The notes under the pieces are model-generated. The model saw only the letters and a list, made by a program, of their open reading frames with translations, had not been told where the DNA came from and made no database searches. A program made the position numbers and the translations under genes. From positions 1-64,000 of the forward strand of contig JBGAQA010000015.1 in the NCBI GenBank assembly GCA_044220955.1: a stretch of 64,000 nt of DNA, written 5' to 3'. This document shows positions 1 to 9,430 of the stretch, piece by piece (the stretch's first letter is position 1; the number at the start of each line of letters is the position of its first letter). This DNA comes from Sandaracinaceae bacterium. Lineage in GTDB: Bacteria > Myxococcota_A > Polyangia > Polyangiales > Sandaracinaceae.

Positions 1-77
1 CTCGACCTCGACCTCGACCTCGACCTCGACCTCGACCTCGACCTCGACCTCGACCTCGACCTCGACCTCGACCTCGA
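1..77. repeat. (CTCGAC)n hexamer microsatellite, 12 full units plus a partial unit, cut by the window edge
   Basis: Perfect tandem CTCGAC from base 1. Confidence 0.97.
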
Positions 78-94
78 TGCCGGCAGAGTCGCGG

Positions 95-382
95 CTAGCG
101 GACGCTCGACGCGCGCGTCCCGAGCGCTCCCACCACGGCGCCGATCGCGCCGCTCACGAGCGGCACGGTGATCACGAAGCCGACCCCGTAGCAGAGCAAG
201 GCGGCCTCCTGCTCCAGCGGCCAGCCGCTGACCCACGAGACGACGTGCGCCGCGGGGGTCGCGACGAGGAACACTGCTTGCTGCGGAACGCGGAGCACGC
301 CGTGCGACACGCCGCCGACGGCGAGCGTGCCGAGGGCCACCCCACCCACCGCGCCCACGAGCGCGCCGATCGCGGTCCGCAC
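95..382 (-). CDS. small membrane protein (95 aa, 2-3 hydrophobic segments)
   Basis: Hydrophobic Gly/Ala/Val-rich ORF; TAGGAT box 6 nt upstream of the GTG start. Confidence 0.7.
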   Translation of the reverse strand: MRTAIGALVGAVGGVALGTLAVGGVSHGVLRVPQQAVFLVATPAAHVVSWVSGWPLEQEAALLCYGVGFVITVPLVSGAIGAVVGALGTRASSVR

Positions 383-394
383 CGGTGGATCCTA

Positions 395-430
395 CGCTCT
401 CGCCCTCGCTCTCGCTCTCGCTCTCGCTCC
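395..430. repeat. (CGCTCT)6 imperfect hexamer repeat
   Basis: cgctct cgccct cgctct cgctct cgctct cgctcc fills the gap between the stop at 431 and the -10 box at 389-394. Confidence 0.9.
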
Positions 431-910
431 TCAGTGCCCGCACGCCGGCGGCGGGTAGTCCCCGGGGCCCGGCACGACGTAGCGCTCGTCCGACGCGCGG
501 GTCCCGTCCGGTAGCGTGATCGTCGCGCGTACGCGGAACGTCGTGCCGACCGCGCAGGCGGGGTCGACCATGATGGCGCGCCAGCCGAGGTAGCTGCGGC
601 CGCCGTCGGCATCGGGCGGATCGAGGTGCACGCCGATGGTCTCCGTCGTGGCGGGCACGCTCTCGTCGGCCGGCTGCAGCTCGACCGCGAGGCTACCGGC
701 CTCCGCGCTCGCACCCGTCACGCGCACCGCGACCCAGAAGTGCCACCCTCCCTGGGCGCCGTGCACGAGCGGCAGCGTCTCGCCGTCGGTCACGCGCTCG
801 AACTGCCACGTCCCGGTGCCGAGCTCGAGCTCGGCGGCGCCGGGCGTCGTGGAGCTCGACGACGCGCATGCCGCGCAGACCAGGGCGAGCGCGATGGGGA
901 TCCCCCGCAT
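431..910 (-). CDS. hypothetical lipoprotein (159 aa)
   Basis: MRGIPIALALVCAAC lipobox-like N-terminus; VHGAQGGWHFW motif; ATG overlaps the upstream TGA. Confidence 0.8.
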   Translation of the reverse strand: MRGIPIALALVCAACASSSSTTPGAAELELGTGTWQFERVTDGETLPLVHGAQGGWHFWVAVRVTGASAEAGSLAVELQPADESVPATTETIGVHLDPPDADGGRSYLGWRAIMVDPACAVGTTFRVRATITLPDGTRASDERYVVPGPGDYPPPACGH

Positions 911-2609
911 CAGCGAGCGCGGCGCGTCCGCGCGAAGCCGAGCGCGAGGAGCGCGACGAGCACGACGAGCGGCGATCGCGCTCCGGCGTGACCGGCCGTG
1001 CACGCGCCTCCGCCGCCGCTCGCCACGAACGGGTACACGCGCGGGATGGTCGCGTTGTGCGCGTCGAGCGTGGCCTGGATGCGCGCGCCGTTGTCGGTCA
1101 GCACGGCGCCCGCGCCGCTCGTCCCGACCCGCAGGATGCGCGCGTTCGCCGGCAGGTCCGAGGTGCCCGGCGTGAAGGGCCAGCTCGACCCCGTGCCCCG
1201 CACGACCCGCCCGTCGGGCAGCGTGGCGCGCCAGGGGGCCTGCGACTGGTACAGGCTCGGCGAGCACTCGACGACCCGCGTCCCGGTGTGCACGTTCGAG
1301 ACGTCCGGCAGATCGGGGTTGAAGTCGAACGACGGGTCGCGCGTCATCTCGGACGCCGACATCGTCGTGAACAGGCGCGTGACCTCCGCGTGCGTCTCGA
1401 AGAGAGCGCGCGCCTGGCGCATCGGGAGCACCACCTGCGCGTCGAGCGCCGCGAGGAACGCCGCGCGATCGAAGCCCGGGATCGCCGAGCCCCACGGGTA
1501 GTAGCAGCCGACGCAGTTGACGAGCTCGTCCGCGGTGACGCCGGCGGGGATCGGCACCAGCGTCGCGATCGCCTCGCGCAGGCCGTCGAGCCCGAAGAGC
1601 GCGTAGATCGCGTTCTGGAGCAGCGTCCCGTCGGCCGTGGCCGGATCGTTGGCGCGGATGGCCTCCCAGTTCTGCTGCTCGTAGGTGCCCCAGACGCTCT
1701 CGGCGAGCGGCGCGGCGTCGCCCGCCATCTCGGTCACGAAGCCCTGCCCGCCCGACTCGTTGGCCGCCTGCGTCACCACGTCGGCGTAGGTCGAGCTCGG
1801 GTTGAGCCAGTTGATCAGCGCCTCGTCGAGCTCGAGCGCCACGGCGCCGCCGCCGCGCGCGCGGGGCCGAGCACCCAGACGAGCACGCCCATGTCGTCCT
1901 CGGCCGCCGTCGCCGTCGGGCGGATCGGGATCGACGCCAGGCCGGGCCCGAACCCGACGGTGACCGGGCGGATCGAGCCGACGTCCGCGCCGCTCGTCAG
2001 GCGGAACGCGAGCAGGTTCATCCCGGTCGCGAGGTAGGGCTCGAGCAGCTCGGAGCCCGTCGCCTGCACGAAGTAGCCGTTCGCGTTCAGCCAGTCGACG
2101 GCGACCGTCGCGAGCGGCGTCGCGGCCGGATCGACGTGGATGACGACGTAGTCGTAGGGACCGACCGCGCCCGAGTCGACGACCGTGACGCGCGACATGC
2201 CCGCGTCGCTCGCCGCCGCGGACGTGTCCGCTGCGCCGCCGGCGTTGGCGGTGAACACCCCCGACGCCGAGTCGCGGCACTGCCCCTCGACCGTCGTGGT
2301 GAGCTGGTACGTCGGGTTCGTCGCGCGCTGCAGGCGGTCGAGCGCCGCCGTCGTGGACACCCCGACCGCGGGCGAGCCGGCGACGGGGAGCACCCACGCG
2401 AAGCGAGCCGCCGTGCCCGTGTAGCGGATCTCGATGATCGCCGTGACGCTGCCGTCCGACTCGCTGCTGAACACGATCCGCTCCGCGGTCTGGTTCACCG
2501 GCTGGGACGGGTTGCTGCAGAACAAGCCGCCGCACGCGGACGCCCGGCTCGGCGTCAGGGCGGGCACGAGGGCGAGGGCGAGCGCGAAGGCAGTGGAGCA
2601 GACACGCAT
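910..2609 (-). pseudogene. DUF2330-family exported protein with MYXO-CTERM-like tail, split by a frameshift at ~1840-1853
   Basis: N-half (signal peptide, ACGGLFC, FAWVLPV, GAVGPYD, IPIRPTA) and C-half (LELDEALINW...TRLFTTMSASEMTRDPSF...GGGAC-TM-RRAR) are in different frames; AGGAGG RBS upstream. Confidence 0.8.
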
Positions 2610-2724
2610 GGAGGCCTCCTGGCGGACGGAACGGTCCGGCGAGACGCGAGCACGAACCGGGCCGGCTTCCGCGGCGCACGCTGGCGCACTCTTCGAGGCA
2701 CGCGCGTTGCTCGCGTCGCGCGGG

Positions 2725-3444
2725 ATGCGCCCTCTCGTCACGGTCGGGCTCGCGGCCGCTCTCTCGTGGGGCTGCACGGCGAGCGCGGGGTCCGTCGACA
2801 CCCGGGCGCTGGTGGACCGCCTGATCGCGTGCGGGCTCGCGACGCCTGGCGCGGCCAACCCGCACCTGCTCGACGCGCTCTACGTGCCCGACGCCTGCTA
2901 CGCCGGCTGCCTCGCCGCCGGCCACTGCGACGAGCTCGAGGGCTTGCTCTGCGGCACCTCGGTGGCGCTGCCGCTGCGCTGCGACGGACGCTGCGCGTTC
3001 GCGTGCGCGGACGGCGCGCTCGTGGCGGTCGGCGCGCGGTGCAACGGCGCGAGCGAGTGCGCGGACGGCTCGGACGAGGCCGGCTGCCCCACACGCGCAT
3101 GCGCCGACGGCCGCGCGCTCCCTTCCTCGGCGTGGTGCAACGGCCGCGAGGACTGCCCGCGAGGCGAGGACGAGGACGGCTGTCCCGGCTACTGCGCGTC
3201 GCTGCACTGGGCGCGCACCGACCACCTCTTCGTCGGGTCCTACTATCGCTGCGACGGCTACGCCGAGTGCGACGACGCCCGCGACGAGGCGGGCTGCGGC
3301 ACCTTCCGCTGCAGCAATGGCTACACGATGACCTTCGATCCGGAGCGCACGCCGGTCTGCGACGGCTACTCGCAGTGCGGTGACGGCACGGACGAGGCCG
3401 GGTGCCCGACCCTGGCGAGGATCGACGCCCACTGCGGGCCCTGA
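2725..3444 (+). CDS. lipoprotein with four LDL-receptor class A-like Cys-rich repeats
   Basis: LSWGC lipobox; four CxGxxxCxxxxDExGC motifs, e.g. CNGASECADGSDEAGC. Confidence 0.8.
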   Translation: MRPLVTVGLAAALSWGCTASAGSVDTRALVDRLIACGLATPGAANPHLLDALYVPDACYAGCLAAGHCDELEGLLCGTSVALPLRCDGRCAFACADGALVAVGARCNGASECADGSDEAGCPTRACADGRALPSSAWCNGREDCPRGEDEDGCPGYCASLHWARTDHLFVGSYYRCDGYAECDDARDEAGCGTFRCSNGYTMTFDPERTPVCDGYSQCGDGTDEAGCPTLARIDAHCGP

Positions 3445-3486
3445 GCCCTTGCCCGATCGCCGGCCGGGCACGACACTTCCTGCACG

Positions 3487-4686
3487 ATGTTCGTCCCGTT
3501 TCTCTACGAGCTGCGCAAGCGCAAGGTCCCGGTCGGCGCGACGGAAGCGGTGAACCTCGCGCGGGCGCTCGCGGCGGGCGTGCACGACTCGTCGCTCGAC
3601 GGCTTCTATCACGTGGCGCGCGCGATCCTGATCCACAGCGAGGCCCACCTCGACGCGTTCGACGACGCGTTCGCGACCTACTTCCGGGGCGCCGAGGCCA
3701 AGGGGCTCGAGCTGCGGCAGGAGATCCTCGACTGGCTGAGGGACGCCGTCGAGAACCCCGGCGCGCTGACCGACGAGGAGCGCGCGCTGCTCGAAGACCT
3801 CGACGTCGAGGAGATCAAGCGCCGCTTCGAGCAGATGTTGCGCGAGCAGGACGAGCGGCACGACGGCGGCAACCGCTTCATCGGCACCGGCGGCACCTCT
3901 CCCTTCGGTCACTCCGGCAAGGCGGCGCGCCCCGGCATCCGCGTCGGCGGCCGCGGCGGCGGGCGCAGCGCCGTGCAGGTCGCACAGAGACGGGCTTGGG
4001 AGGGCTACCGAGACGACCTCACGCTCGACATCCGGCAGATGCAGGTGGCGCTGCGCAAGCTCCGCGCCTTCGCGCGCGAGGGCGCCGACATGGAGCTCGA
4101 CCTCGAGGGCACGATCGACGCGACGGCCAAGAACGCCGGCGAGCTCGAGGTGGTGCTGCGCCCTCCTCGCCGCCCGAACACGCGCGTGATCCTCGCGATG
4201 GACGTCGGCGGCTCGATGGAGCCCTACGCGCACCTCTGCTCACGCCTGTTCTCGGCCGCGAGCAAGGCGACGCACTTCAAGGAGCTGCGGACGTACTACT
4301 TCCACAACTGCGTCTACGGCCACCTCTACAAGGACGAGCGGTTCCAGGACGGCGTGAAGGTCTCCGACGTCCTGGCCGAGTGCGGCCCGCACTACAAGCT
4401 CGTGATGGTCGGCGACGCGCTGATGGCGCCCTACGAGCTGATGAGCGCGGGCGGCTCGAGCGACCTCGGCGAGGACAAGGGCGTCGAGGGCATCCAGTGG
4501 CTGATGCGGATGCAGCGCCACTTCGAGAAGAGCGCGTGGCTCAACCCCGAGCCCGAGAAGTACTGGGGCGGCAACACGATCGAGTACGTGAAGAAGGTGT
4601 TCGACATGTACCCGCTCACGCTGCACGGCCTGGGCGACGCCGTGTCGCACCTCGTGCGCGGCCGCAGCTCGCGCCGCGCGGCGTAG
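3487..4686 (+). CDS. VWA domain CoxE-like protein
   Basis: DVGGSM MIDAS-like motif; YYFHNCVY; IGTGGTSPFGHSG; WLNP. Confidence 0.88.
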   Translation: MFVPFLYELRKRKVPVGATEAVNLARALAAGVHDSSLDGFYHVARAILIHSEAHLDAFDDAFATYFRGAEAKGLELRQEILDWLRDAVENPGALTDEERALLEDLDVEEIKRRFEQMLREQDERHDGGNRFIGTGGTSPFGHSGKAARPGIRVGGRGGGRSAVQVAQRRAWEGYRDDLTLDIRQMQVALRKLRAFAREGADMELDLEGTIDATAKNAGELEVVLRPPRRPNTRVILAMDVGGSMEPYAHLCSRLFSAASKATHFKELRTYYFHNCVYGHLYKDERFQDGVKVSDVLAECGPHYKLVMVGDALMAPYELMSAGGSSDLGEDKGVEGIQWLMRMQRHFEKSAWLNPEPEKYWGGNTIEYVKKVFDMYPLTLHGLGDAVSHLVRGRSSRRAA

Positions 4687-4743
4687 CCAGGCGCTCCGCG
4701 AGCCACGACACCTCGGCGGCGAGAGCCGGAGTACCCTCGCCTC

Positions 4744-6108
4744 ATGCGCAAGACGATCCCCACGCTCGCCGCGCTCGCCTTCCTCGGCTGCTCCGGCGGC
4801 GGCGGCCCTCTTCCCGACGCCGGGACGACGCCGAACGACGCGTCGACGGACGCGTACGTGTCGCCGCCGATCGACGGCAACGGCTTCGACGTCAACGCAC
4901 CGCGGCCGGACGCCTTCGTCGCGCACGACGACGCCGGCGCCGCGCCCGCCACGGTGGCCGAGCGCGCGCGTGCGATCGCCACCACCCTGCGCGGCGACGC
5001 GCACTTCCTCGTCGGCATGGGCAACGATCTCGACGGCCCGCCCGACTACGACCCCGACATGGCCGGCGTGTTCACGCTCGGGACCACGCTCGACATCCAC
5101 TACACGTACCTCAACGGCTACTCGAACAGCGGCGGCTGGACGACGTGGAACAGCCCCGCGGGCGAGTACGCCGGGATCCTCGCCGACCACTGCGTGACCC
5201 ACGGCGGCCTCGCGCCGATGTTCACCTACTACGACCTCGCGCTCGAGTACGAGAACCACGTCGACGCGCTCCGCGACGCCGCGCTCATGCACGTGTACCT
5301 CTCGGACGTCCGGCTGCTCTTCCAGCGGCTCGCCACGTACGGACGCCCCGCGCTCGTGCAATTCGAGCCGGACTTCTTCGGCTACATGCAGGGCGTGATG
5401 CGCGACGCGGCCACGACGCCCGACGCGTACGCCGCAGAGCTGCACTTCTCGGACGTCCCGGAGTGCTCGGGCGTCCCGAGCACGGCGGCCGGGCTGGTCG
5501 AGTGCTTCGACGCGATGCGCGACGCGATCGCCCCGATGGTGCTGATCGGTCTGCACGCCTCGTCGTGGGGCGACTGGTGGGACGACACGAGCGCCTCGCC
5601 GGGCGAGATCGAGACGCACGCGCAGGCGGTGGCGGCGTTCCTGCTCGCGATGCGCGCAGATCTGACCGACTTCGTCACCGTCGAGGCGCTCGATCGCGAC
5701 GCGGGCTTCTGGGAGACCAGCGGCGGCGGCGCGACGTGCTCGATCACGGGCGGCTCGCGCGGCGCCGTGTACTGGGACGAGAGCAACGCGACGCGCCCGA
5801 ACTTCCAGGACCACATCCACTGGGTCGGCGCGCTCACCACCGCGATGGGCCGGCCGGCCCTCTGGTGGCAGGTCCCCTTCGGCGCGCCGAGCACGATGTG
5901 CGGCGGTGCGGGCGGCGGGAGCGACGGCCACTGGCGCGACAACCGCGTGCACTACTTCTTCCAGCACACGGACCAGCTGGTCGCCGCGGGTGCGTTCGGC
6001 GTGGTGTTCGGAACCGGCGCGGGGCGGCAGACGTACATCGACAGCGACGGCGGGCAGTTCCACGACGCGGTGAACGCCTACTTCGCGAGCCCGACGCCGC
6101 TGCCCTGA
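4744..6108 (+). CDS. lipoprotein, putative glycoside-hydrolase-like TIM barrel
   Basis: FLGC lipobox; Asp-Ala linker; aromatic-rich core with EPDFFGY, WWQVPFG and RDNRV; enzymatic function is inferred only. Confidence 0.6.
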   Translation: MRKTIPTLAALAFLGCSGGGGPLPDAGTTPNDASTDAYVSPPIDGNGFDVNAPRPDAFVAHDDAGAAPATVAERARAIATTLRGDAHFLVGMGNDLDGPPDYDPDMAGVFTLGTTLDIHYTYLNGYSNSGGWTTWNSPAGEYAGILADHCVTHGGLAPMFTYYDLALEYENHVDALRDAALMHVYLSDVRLLFQRLATYGRPALVQFEPDFFGYMQGVMRDAATTPDAYAAELHFSDVPECSGVPSTAAGLVECFDAMRDAIAPMVLIGLHASSWGDWWDDTSASPGEIETHAQAVAAFLLAMRADLTDFVTVEALDRDAGFWETSGGGATCSITGGSRGAVYWDESNATRPNFQDHIHWVGALTTAMGRPALWWQVPFGAPSTMCGGAGGGSDGHWRDNRVHYFFQHTDQLVAAGAFGVVFGTGAGRQTYIDSDGGQFHDAVNAYFASPTPLP

Positions 6109-6205
6109 GCCACGCTCGCCCGCGCCGGGCCCTCGCGCGCCGCTGCTCCGCTGCGCCACCTGGATCCGCCACGCGGGCGCCCGTGGTCCGTACTATCCTG
6201 TAGCG

Positions 6206-7225
6206 ATGGGGACGAACGCGAAGCGCGCCCTGCGCGTGGTCGGGGGCATCGTTGCGCTGCTCGTCGTGCTGGTGGTGAGCCTGGTGCTCTACGTCTACGC
6301 GCGCGCGCCCTCGCGCCTCCGCTTCCCGGACACCGCGAGCCCGGACCTCCACGCCTCGACGGATCCCGCGGTGATCGAGCGTGGTCGGGTGCTCGTCCAC
6401 GGTACGGCCCACTGCGCGAGCTGCCACGGCACCTACGACCGCACCCACCCCGAGGCCCTGCGCGAGGAGGTCCCGCTGTCGGGCGGGCTCCCGCTCGAGC
6501 CGCCCTTCGGCGTGTTCTACCCGCCGAACATCACCCCCGACGTCGCGACAGGGATCGGCGCCTGGAGCGACGGCGAGATCGCGCGGGTCATCCGCACGGG
6601 CGTCCGACGTGACGGGACGCTCTCGGTCTTCATGAAGCTCTCCGTCGGACCGATGAGCGACGCGGACGTCACGGCCATCCTCTCGTACCTCCGCACCACG
6701 GCGCCCGTCGCGCACGCCGTGCCGCCGAGCGAGCCCGGCTTCATCGCGCTCGCGATGGTGACCTTCCTGTCGCTCCCGCCTGACCCGGTCGAGGGCCCGG
6801 ACGACGTGCCCGGCGGCGAGCCCAGCGTGGAGCGCGGCCGCTACCTCGCCAACGGACCGGCGGCGTGCGTCGGCTGCCACTCGCCCACCGATCCGGACAA
6901 CCCCCTCGCGCTCGCCCCCGGGCGCGAGCTGAGCGGGGGCGACCCGATGCCGAGCGAGCTCGATCCCGCCATGGAATTCGCGCCACCGAACCTCACCTCC
7001 GATCCGCACGGGATCACGGGGCGCCTGTCGGAGGACGAGTTCGTCGCGCGCTTCGCGAGCGGTACGCGCAGCTACACCGCGTCGATCATGCCCTGGGAGT
7101 GCTTCGCGCGGATGCCCGAGAGCGACGTGCGCGCGATCTATCGCTACCTCCACGGCGTGCCGCCCATCGCGCGCGACGTCGGTCCCTCGTACCGCCCCAC
7201 GGGATCGTTCGCCCCGCCGCCTTGA
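6206..7225 (+). CDS. membrane-anchored diheme cytochrome c
   Basis: Two CxxCH motifs (CASCH, CVGCH); duplicated ERG...PNIT/PNLT modules; N-terminal TM helix. Confidence 0.92.
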   Translation: MGTNAKRALRVVGGIVALLVVLVVSLVLYVYARAPSRLRFPDTASPDLHASTDPAVIERGRVLVHGTAHCASCHGTYDRTHPEALREEVPLSGGLPLEPPFGVFYPPNITPDVATGIGAWSDGEIARVIRTGVRRDGTLSVFMKLSVGPMSDADVTAILSYLRTTAPVAHAVPPSEPGFIALAMVTFLSLPPDPVEGPDDVPGGEPSVERGRYLANGPAACVGCHSPTDPDNPLALAPGRELSGGDPMPSELDPAMEFAPPNLTSDPHGITGRLSEDEFVARFASGTRSYTASIMPWECFARMPESDVRAIYRYLHGVPPIARDVGPSYRPTGSFAPPP

Positions 7226-7293
7226 GCGCGCACGTCCGACGGCCCGCGCTCTCGCCCGCCCGACCGGGCGCGACAGGGTGGTAGGCTGGCGGG

Positions 7294-7764
7294 ATGCAGA
7301 GGACGCTCTCGCGCTCGGGTCTGGTGTGGCTGGCGCTCGCCCTGGTCCCGGCCTGCTCGTCGGCGACCACGCCGGTCGACGCATCGAACGCCTCGGTGGA
7401 CGCGTCCGTGCCGGCCGATGCCTTCACACCGGCGGACGCCTTCACGCCAGGGGACGCGTTCGTGGCGAGCGACGCGGGCAGCGACGCGCCGGTGCGCGCC
7501 GACGTCGGGACGACCGGCACGGGCACCTTCGGCGGCGCATGCACCACGGGCGCCGACTGCGCGTCGGGCGTGTGCTGGGACTACCACGACGTCGATCCGG
7601 CGTGCTTCGGACGCGGGTGCGGCGCGACGTGCACCTCCGACGGGGAGTGCCAGAGCGCGGCCACGGCCGCCGGCGCCCCGACGCCGAGCGCCGCGACGTG
7701 CACGAGCACGACGCACACGTGCGATCTGTCCGGGACGGGCCTGGTCCCGCTCGCGTGCGCGTGA
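7294..7764 (+). CDS. Cys-rich lipoprotein
   Basis: VPAC lipobox; DAFTP repeats; C-terminal multi-Cys domain. Confidence 0.8.
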   Translation: MQRTLSRSGLVWLALALVPACSSATTPVDASNASVDASVPADAFTPADAFTPGDAFVASDAGSDAPVRADVGTTGTGTFGGACTTGADCASGVCWDYHDVDPACFGRGCGATCTSDGECQSAATAAGAPTPSAATCTSTTHTCDLSGTGLVPLACA

Positions 7765-7809
7765 GGCCGTGCTCGGAGCGAGGGTGTGCCGCCTGGCGCC
7801 GGGCCCTCG

Positions 7810-8904
7810 TCACCTGCCGAAGCAGAACGCGAGCGCCAGCGGCGCCCGCGGCGTGAACTCCACCTCGGTGAGCTCCAGCACCTCGGAGCTCGCCGCCGGC
7901 CACGAGACGTTCCCGTTGCACGAGGCCCAGTAGTGCGACCGGAGAACGCGCGTGAGCGTGCCGTCGGGGTTCGCCGCCCACATGAGCGCGTTCGAGCTCG
8001 GCAGCCCGCGGCCCTGATCGGTGCAGATGTTGTCCCGGCAGCGCGTGTCCGTGAACGTGCTGCCGCCGAGCCCCGCGTACGTCGAGAAGCAGCCGTTGCC
8101 CATGTGCACGGCGTCGACGCTCACCACGCTGCCGCTCGCCGCCTCGTCGAAGATCACGCCCACCCCCGACGGTGAGTTGTTCCCGTCGACGAGTCCGTTC
8201 CGGATCTGCACGCCCGTCGAGTGATAGACGTTGACGTCGTCCTCCGGCCACGAGCCGGCGTCGTTGACGACCGAGAAGCCGTCGAGCAGGCCGTCGTCGG
8301 ACGTGTTCCACTGCACGAGCTGCCCGCGCGGGAACGGCCCGCGGAAGTCGTGCCCTTCGATCCGGGTCAGGCGGGAGCCGGGCGATCCCTGGAGGTAGAT
8401 GCCGCTCGAGCCGCGCGTCAGGCGCGCGTGGTCGACCGTCAGGTTCGGAGCGTCGAGCGCCGAGATGTTGATCTGGCCCTCGTCGGCGTTGGCACCCGTC
8501 GCGGGCGCCGCGGTGTTCTCGACGTCCACGCGCTCGATCGTGACGTCCGACGCGCCCTCGATCGAGATCCCGACCCCGCCGTGGTGCCGGATGCGCACGT
8601 CGCGCACCCTGACCCGGTCCGCGCGGATGGTGATCGCGGGAGCGGTCCCGTCGCTCGTCACGTCCAGAAGCTCGACGAGCGCGTCGGGCGTGTCGACGAC
8701 GATGGGCCCGCTCGCGACGAGCGTGCACGACGACGCCGGGGCGTCGGGCGGGTCGATGCCCATGTCGATCGGCGCGGCGTCGACGCTGCGCGCGTCGGTG
8801 CCCGCGTCCACACCCGCCGCGTCGGCCCGAGGCGCGGCGTCCACCGCGACCGGCGTCCCGGCACAGCCGAGGATCAGCACCACGAGGAGCTTCGATCGGC
8901 GCAT
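7810..8904 (-). CDS. right-handed beta-helix repeat lipoprotein
   Basis: ILGC lipobox; parallel beta-helix-type repeats (GISIEGASDVTIERV, GIYLQGSPGSRLTRI). Confidence 0.8.
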   Translation of the reverse strand: MRRSKLLVVLILGCAGTPVAVDAAPRADAAGVDAGTDARSVDAAPIDMGIDPPDAPASSCTLVASGPIVVDTPDALVELLDVTSDGTAPAITIRADRVRVRDVRIRHHGGVGISIEGASDVTIERVDVENTAAPATGANADEGQINISALDAPNLTVDHARLTRGSSGIYLQGSPGSRLTRIEGHDFRGPFPRGQLVQWNTSDDGLLDGFSVVNDAGSWPEDDVNVYHSTGVQIRNGLVDGNNSPSGVGVIFDEAASGSVVSVDAVHMGNGCFSTYAGLGGSTFTDTRCRDNICTDQGRGLPSSNALMWAANPDGTLTRVLRSHYWASCNGNVSWPAASSEVLELTEVEFTPRAPLALAFCFGR

Positions 8905-8945
8905 CGACGCATGCTGCCACGACCACGCGCTGGTACGATCGGTTC

Positions 8946-9116
8946 ATGCGGACCGCGGCTCCGTGCTTGCTCCTCGCGGTGGCGTCCCTGCTCGCGAGCG
9001 GCTGCTTGCACTGTGCGAGCGACGGCCCGGAGAGGACGCCCGGTCACGCGAACGGATCGATCACGCGCAGGCCGATACCGGCGAAGTCTCGCGCGTTTCT
9101 CGTGGCGAGCGGGTAG
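8946..9116 (+). pseudogene. short or truncated lipoprotein-type ORF (56 aa), absent from the ORF track
   Basis: TGG-TACGAT-6nt-ATG; MRTAAPCLLLAVASLLASGC signal peptide and lipobox; 3' part is antisense to vapC. Confidence 0.5.
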
Positions 9117-9430
9117 CCGTGAGCGATCGCGGTGGCGGCAATGAGCATGTCCGCCTGCGTGACCGGGCGTCCCGCGCGCTGGCGCAGCGCGCGCAGATCG
9201 GCCGCCCGCTCCGCGATCGCGCGCGTGATCGGGAGCACTTCGCTGCGCTCGAGCAGGCCGTCGAGCCAACGCAGCAGGCGGGCGCTCCGCCGAGCGAGGA
9301 CGCCGAAGCGCAGCTCCTCGACGCTCACGACGCTGAGCGCCAAGACGTCTCGCTCGGCCGCCCACGCGAGGACACGCGCGTCGGGGCGCGGGCGTGCGAG
9401 CTCGCTCAAGACGTTCGTGTCGAACAGCAT
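9044..9430 (-). CDS. vapC: type II TA toxin, PIN domain (VapC family)
   Basis: MLFDTNVLSE...SVEELRFG...ADMLIAATA...LATRNARDF acidic PIN motifs. Confidence 0.93.
   Translation of the reverse strand: MLFDTNVLSELARPRPDARVLAWAAERDVLALSVVSVEELRFGVLARRSARLLRWLDGLLERSEVLPITRAIAERAADLRALRQRAGRPVTQADMLIAATAIAHGYPLATRNARDFAGIGLRVIDPFA

Noticed and set aside
1..77. Possible CRISPR or telomere-like array
   Set aside because: Pure hexamer tandem with no spacers and no cas genes in the window
910..4233. Very long alternative-frame ORFs (e.g. 910..4233-, 17747..21013-, 32929..36303-, 22579..25332+)
   Set aside because: Arg/Ala/Gly-rich shadow frames expected in high-GC DNA. Where a real gene is included, only the 3' portion is protein-like, so starts were trimmed.
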